NCBI GenBank assembly: GCA_029978905.1
Contig: JAPOIM010000001.1
Span: 21,564 to 85,563, forward strand
Length of the DNA stretch: 64,000 bases
Reading direction: 5' to 3'
Source: Planctomycetota bacterium
GTDB lineage: Bacteria > Planctomycetota > Planctomycetia > Pirellulales > UBA1268
Shown: positions 59,725 to 64,000 of the stretch, one piece after another
Position numbering within the stretch: the stretch's first letter is position 1
Layout of the letters: every line of letters starts with the position of its first letter
Program-made: the position numbers and the translations under genes
The notes under the pieces: model-generated
Seen by the model: the letters and a program-made list of their open reading frames with translations, nothing else
What the model was told of the DNA's origin: nothing
The model's database searches: none

Positions 59725-60195
59725 CTACGCGCCGGGATCGACCTTCACGAGCGGCTGGCCAAACTCGATAGGAGCACCATTCTCCACGAGCACCGCCACC
59801 ACCTGCCCGGAAACACCAGACGGAATCTCGTTGAAGACCTTCATGGCTTCAATGATGCAGACCGTCGATTCCGGACCGATACGATCCCCAACCTTCACGA
59901 ACGGAGACGCCTCCGGGCTACTCGCCCGATAGAACGTGCCCACCATCGGACTGGTGATCACGACATGGTTGCTGTCGTCTGCCTTTGCTTCCGACGGCGG
60001 TGCGGCCGCCGTCTCGGTCGCGCGAGCAACCGGCGCAGCCACCACCCGCGGCTCGTCGTCAGAGCCTCGGCGGATACGGACGCGCTGGTCCGCCTGCTTC
60101 AGATCGATCTCTGTGAGATCGTGCTTTTTCATGAGTTCGATCAAGCGACGAATCTGCTTGACGTCGAACACGTCTCCCGAACTTTCTACGGCCAT
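59725..60195 (-). CDS. accB: Acetyl-CoA carboxylase, biotin carboxyl carrier protein
   Basis: Biotinylation motif IEAMKVFNEI. The track start 60231 is TTG; the first ATG (60193-60195) gives a canonical N-terminus, FDVKQIRRLIELM. Confidence 0.9.
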   Translation of the reverse strand: MAVESSGDVFDVKQIRRLIELMKKHDLTEIDLKQADQRVRIRRGSDDEPRVVAAPVARATETAAAPPSEAKADDSNHVVITSPMVGTFYRASSPEASPFVKVGDRIGPESTVCIIEAMKVFNEIPSGVSGQVVAVLVENGAPIEFGQPLVKVDPGA

Positions 60196-60346
60196 GGATT
60201 CTCGTGTGGTGATGGACACCCGACGGGTCAACGGACGCCGCCTTACCAGCGGGCGGGTCGAAATCCGCGAGACGGAGAGACAACCGCCGCCCGGATTTCC
60301 TCGCTAGGGTACGCCAGCACGGCTCACGCGTACAATCTCGGCTGTC

Positions 60347-61312
60347 ATGACCGAACAAAACCACCTTTTTTCGCCAGCCCCCCGTTTTTCGGCGGTCGCC
60401 CTCCCAGATCTGGCACGTCTGCGGCGTCGCGCCGATGTCGACAAATTTGGCTGCGGCCGCGTCGTGGTGATTGGGGGTGCCACCGGCATGGCGGGGGCTC
60501 CCGCCCTCTCCGCGATGGCGGCGCTCCGCAGCGGAGCGGGTCTCGTGGAACTCCACGTGCCGGAGTCGGTGGTCTCCACCGCCGCCACCTTCAGCCCCTG
60601 CGTGATGACCCACGGCCATCCGGCCACACACACGGGCACGTTCTCCGTCACGGCCAGCGAACCGTTGCTCGAACGCGGCGAACGCGGCGATGTCGTGGCG
60701 TGCGGCCCCGGCCTGGGACGAAACGCAGACACCGTCCACCTCGTGCAACGCCTGTGGCAGGAGTGTCCGGTGCCAACTGTCTTTGACGCCGACGCCCTGT
60801 GGGCACTGTCGCAGATTGATCGGGGCACGCTGGCCCAGCATGCCGCGCCTCGCGTGCTGACGCCTCATGGCGGCGAGTTGCTCCGCTTCCTCGACCCACG
60901 GCCCGCCTCATCGTCGCCACAGGATCGGCCGCCTCGTGACGAACTTGAACGCGAGGCGTCGGCGCTTGCGGCAGACCTTGATGCGGTGGTCGTGCTCAAG
61001 GGACCGCAGTCACTCGTCACCGATGGCAGCCACCAGTGGCACAACACCTCGGGCAATGCAGGGATGGCCACCGCCGGCAGTGGGGATGTGCTGACCGGCG
61101 TGATCGCAGCCCTCAGTGGCGGTGGTCTTGCGGTGCTCTCGGCCGCGCACGTTGGTGTGTGGGCACACGGCTATGCCGGCGACGTCGCCGCGAGCCGACT
61201 CAGCCAGACGTCCCTCATTGCCACTGACCTTCTCGACCATCTCCCTCACGCCTTCCGGTGCCTCGAGCAGTTCCTCGCCGACGGCCACTGGCAAGCTGCA
61301 CCATCCGCGTGA
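60347..61312 (+). CDS. nnrD: ADP-dependent NAD(P)H-hydrate dehydratase (YjeF C-terminal type)
   Basis: VVIGGATGMAGAPALSAMAALRSGAGLV and ATAGSGDVLTGVIAAL motifs. Confidence 0.85.
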   Translation: MTEQNHLFSPAPRFSAVALPDLARLRRRADVDKFGCGRVVVIGGATGMAGAPALSAMAALRSGAGLVELHVPESVVSTAATFSPCVMTHGHPATHTGTFSVTASEPLLERGERGDVVACGPGLGRNADTVHLVQRLWQECPVPTVFDADALWALSQIDRGTLAQHAAPRVLTPHGGELLRFLDPRPASSSPQDRPPRDELEREASALAADLDAVVVLKGPQSLVTDGSHQWHNTSGNAGMATAGSGDVLTGVIAALSGGGLAVLSAAHVGVWAHGYAGDVAASRLSQTSLIATDLLDHLPHAFRCLEQFLADGHWQAAPSA

Positions 61313-61964
61313 CGTCCACCACGCCCTCGTCCCCGGCCGCCCACACCCGTGTCGTCGTGGTCACCGGCACCACGCTCGAACCGGTGAACGACCCAAACGC
61401 GGGCAACACCCACATCCCCGGTTCTTCAAAAAAGCACCGCTGCGAGAGACGGTCGCCACTGGGGGACCGGATCGAAATCCTTGGATGAAGGTGCCCGCAG
61501 ACAATGGCCCGCTCGGTCAGCCGGCTCTGCGGAGGCTCGTGCACAAAGACCCACGGCGGTTCGTCGAGTCGCTCCACGATCCTGTCGATGCCAAGTGCCT
61601 CAGGAAGCGTGACGCGGCGGTCATGGTTGCCTTCGACGAGCACCACCTGCGTGGTGGCGATCCGCCTGCGAAAACAGGCAAACTCCTCAAAAACGGCGGG
61701 TGTGCAGCCCGTCGCCGCGTGAAACAGGTCGCCAAGGATCAGCAGTCGCTTCGCCTCAGTTGCCTGCACGAGCTGCTCGAGCCGCTCGAGGTCACCGAGC
61801 GATGAGCCTTCCGGCACCGGCAGCCCCGCATGCCGAAACGACGCGGCCTTCCCTAGGTGGAGATCCGCCACCAGGAGTGTGCCATCCGCCGGCAGCAGCG
61901 CGGCTCGCCCCGGGAGGAGGTCTATCTGCGGCGGATCGATGACCCCTCGGGGCTCGACGAGCAT
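61215..61964 (-). CDS. pdeM: Ligase-associated DNA damage response metallophosphoesterase PdeM
   Basis: LVADLHLGK, ILGDLFH and VEGNHD motifs. The start overlaps the end of the upstream Lhr-type helicase. The Arg-rich C-terminal tail overlaps the nnrD 3' end. Confidence 0.8.
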   Translation of the reverse strand: MLVEPRGVIDPPQIDLLPGRAALLPADGTLLVADLHLGKAASFRHAGLPVPEGSSLGDLERLEQLVQATEAKRLLILGDLFHAATGCTPAVFEEFACFRRRIATTQVVLVEGNHDRRVTLPEALGIDRIVERLDEPPWVFVHEPPQSRLTERAIVCGHLHPRISIRSPSGDRLSQRCFFEEPGMWVLPAFGSFTGSSVVPVTTTTRVWAAGDEGVVDVTRMVQLASGRRRGTARGTGRREGDGREGQWQ

Positions 61965-64000
61965 CTCGCGGTCTCCTCAAGTTCTCTCGCCATGTCGGTG
62001 ATGCGTTCCAGCCATCCCTGGGTCGAGAGACGCGACTGAATCTGCTCCGCCCATAACGGAAAGGCGAGTGGTGACAGACGGCTCGGCTCCATCACCACGA
62101 TCTCTGAATTCGCCAATCGCTCAAGAGCCCCAGAGAGTCGCCCATATTCAAACTGGGATTCCAGCACTTCACGCCGTGCTTGCTCAAGCAGCATGTTGCC
62201 AGGATCGTGCTCTTCGAGCACATCAAACAGGAGCCCGGCCGATGCTTGCAGATTCCGGTCGCCCTTCCGCCCGGGAGCGTGCCCCGCAATCAACCCCGCC
62301 ACGCGGGCGATCTCACGAAACTGCCGTCGGGCCATCTCTGTGCCATTCAGGCACGCCAGCAGATCTTCCAGAAGCTGATGCGGAGACAGCATCCGTCGCC
62401 AGTACGACACGGCACTGCTCACACGTGATGGGGCGAATCGCTGCCTTCCCAGGATCTGGAGTCCCCAGTCGTTCACGGTGCAAACCAGGGTCGCTGGCGT
62501 GTGCTGGGCAATCCTCCAGGCCACTAGGGCCGCGAGCCCTTCATGCACGAGGCGTCCTTCGAAAGGATAGAGGAACGCGTGATGGCCATCGCGACTGGCG
62601 ACCAACTCGATGAGCAGGCTGTCTCGCTGCGGCCGACAGCTCCAGGCCGCCTGGGTGGCAAGCAGCGGTTCCACCGCGTGGACTTCCTCCATGGCCTGCC
62701 CTGGCTTCGGCCCATCGGCCACCAGGGCCTGCACCTCAGCGGCCAGCAGGGTGGAGAGGGGCATCCGCCCTCCGTTCCACCGCGGCACCGCCACGCCACC
62801 GGCCGATGGCTTGGCCCGACGCACCCACGCGGTCAGTCCGTCAAAGCGAAACAACCGCAGCGTCCGCCCCGCGAAGAGAAAGCGGTCTCCTTCATTCAGC
62901 CGCGAAATGAACGACTCTTCGACCGTGCCGAGCCGACCGCCGCGAAGCCATTTCACCTCCACCGCAGCATCGCTCGTGATCGTGCCAATCGACATCCGGT
63001 GCCGCCTGGCCATGGCCGGTCCCGCGACATACCACCTCCCAAACCGTTCTCGGATCCGAGCGAAGTCGGGATACGCCGAAAGGGCAGGCCCACCTCGGGC
63101 TGCAAAATCCATGGCCCACCGCCAACTCGTCTGATCGAGATCGGCAAACGCTGCGGTGCCGCGTACCTCGTCAAAGAGGTCCGCTTCGCGAAAGCCGCCG
63201 CTGCACGCCACCGTCACGAGGTGCTGGGCGAGCACGTCGAGGGCAGCGGTCAAAGGACGCCGGGGCTCACTCGCCCCTTCGCCGGCCGCCTGCCGCGCGG
63301 CCGCACACTCCACGAGTTCCAGCGCGTGGGTCGGCACGCAGATCAGGCGGCCAACCGCGCCAGGGCGGTGCCCACTCCGCCCGGCTCGCTGCAGTAACCG
63401 CGCGATCCCCTTTGGACTGCCGATCTGCAACACCTGCTCCACGGGTCCGAAGTCGACCCCGAGGTCAAGGCTTCCCGTTGCCACGACCGCTTTGAGCTTT
63501 CCTCGTCGCAGGCCTTCCTCTGCGGCAGTACGGAGTTCGCGGTCGATCGAACCATGGTGCAGGGCCACCTTCCACTCGGGTCGGGACCGCGTGATCGCTT
63601 CAAACCACCGCTCGGCCTGCGACCGCGTGTTCGTGAAAACCAGCGACGTGGCCACGTTTTCAAGCGACGCGATCACCTGTGGCAGCAGCCGCATCCCCAT
63701 ATGCCCAGCCCATGGAAACCGCTCCATGGGCTCGGGGATCAGCGTCTCGATCTCCAGACGCCGAGGGACCTCAGCCCGCACGATCCTGGGAGACCGCTGG
63801 GCTGGGCCGACAAGCGCTGCGGCAGCCTCGTCGATGTTGCCGAGGGTCGCCGAGATGCCCCACGTGAGCAGCCCAGGCGAGAGGCTACGGAGCCGAGCGA
63901 GGGCGAGTTCGGTTTGCACACCACGCTTGGTGGAAAGCAGTTCGTGCCACTCGTCGACCACCACCATCCGCAACCCAGAAAACGCCTCGGCGGCGTCTTC
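61922..64000 (-). CDS. Ligase-associated DNA damage response DExH-box helicase (Lhr-type), N-terminus beyond the window end
   Basis: DExH box VVVDEWHELL at the window edge; the frame stays open to nt 64000. ALHHGS, LDLGVDF, QRAGRSGHR and a long Lhr-like C-terminal domain. Confidence 0.85.
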   Translation of the reverse strand, partial: EDAAEAFSGLRMVVVDEWHELLSTKRGVQTELALARLRSLSPGLLTWGISATLGNIDEAAAALVGPAQRSPRIVRAEVPRRLEIETLIPEPMERFPWAGHMGMRLLPQVIASLENVATSLVFTNTRSQAERWFEAITRSRPEWKVALHHGSIDRELRTAAEEGLRRGKLKAVVATGSLDLGVDFGPVEQVLQIGSPKGIARLLQRAGRSGHRPGAVGRLICVPTHALELVECAAARQAAGEGASEPRRPLTAALDVLAQHLVTVACSGGFREADLFDEVRGTAAFADLDQTSWRWAMDFAARGGPALSAYPDFARIRERFGRWYVAGPAMARRHRMSIGTITSDAAVEVKWLRGGRLGTVEESFISRLNEGDRFLFAGRTLRLFRFDGLTAWVRRAKPSAGGVAVPRWNGGRMPLSTLLAAEVQALVADGPKPGQAMEEVHAVEPLLATQAAWSCRPQRDSLLIELVASRDGHHAFLYPFEGRLVHEGLAALVAWRIAQHTPATLVCTVNDWGLQILGRQRFAPSRVSSAVSYWRRMLSPHQLLEDLLACLNGTEMARRQFREIARVAGLIAGHAPGRKGDRNLQASAGLLFDVLEEHDPGNMLLEQARREVLESQFEYGRLSGALERLANSEIVVMEPSRLSPLAFPLWAEQIQSRLSTQGWLERITDMARELEETARCSSSPEGSSIRRR

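Noticed and set aside
58360-60786. 808-codon plus-strand ORF
   Set aside because: Antisense to accC and accB, both unambiguous. Low-complexity Arg/Pro-rich translation; shadow ORF.

Overview
High-GC, gene-dense bacterial chromosomal segment. I call 57 protein-coding genes; the last is cut by the window end and the first possibly by the window start. I also call three clear intrinsic terminators and three repeat features. I recognised no rRNA, tRNA, CRISPR array, transposase, integrase or prophage genes. Most genes are core metabolism and information processing: purEK, tsaC, leuCD, bioB, ribE-rsmA, eno, nadD, priA, rnhA, recG, glyQS, hisDCB, accBC, a PPi-type phosphofructokinase and futalosine-route menaquinone genes. 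Several markers suggest a Planctomycetota genome, by inference only: a DUF1559-type prepilin-like protein, a BBP7-like beta-barrel, repeated xylose-isomerase-like TIM barrels, a UVR-domain protein and lipobox HEAT/DUF11 proteins. Many very long ORFs in the supplied track are antisense shadows typical of high-GC DNA and were discarded. Many track starts were trimmed to internal ATGs that I checked in the sequence. Best candidates for something new, in order: (1) a single 1178-codon fatty-acyl-AMP-ligase / carrier-protein / alpha-oxoamine-synthase fusion gene coupled to a hotdog thioesterase (23598-27654), a self-contained module for a long-chain amino-ketone lipid. (2) A precisely phased 3 x 30-bp repeat carrying TGTCGCGACA palindromes in the nadD/priA divergent promoter region (39391-39480). 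(3) An outer-membrane beta-barrel gene carrying perfect (AAC)15+6 and (GGT)9/(GGT)7 in-frame microsatellites. (4) A translationally coupled AAA+ / vWA / small-membrane-protein operon of unknown function. Everything else is ordinary or only mildly unusual. All functional calls rest on motifs I can read in the translations, and none was verified by a database search.
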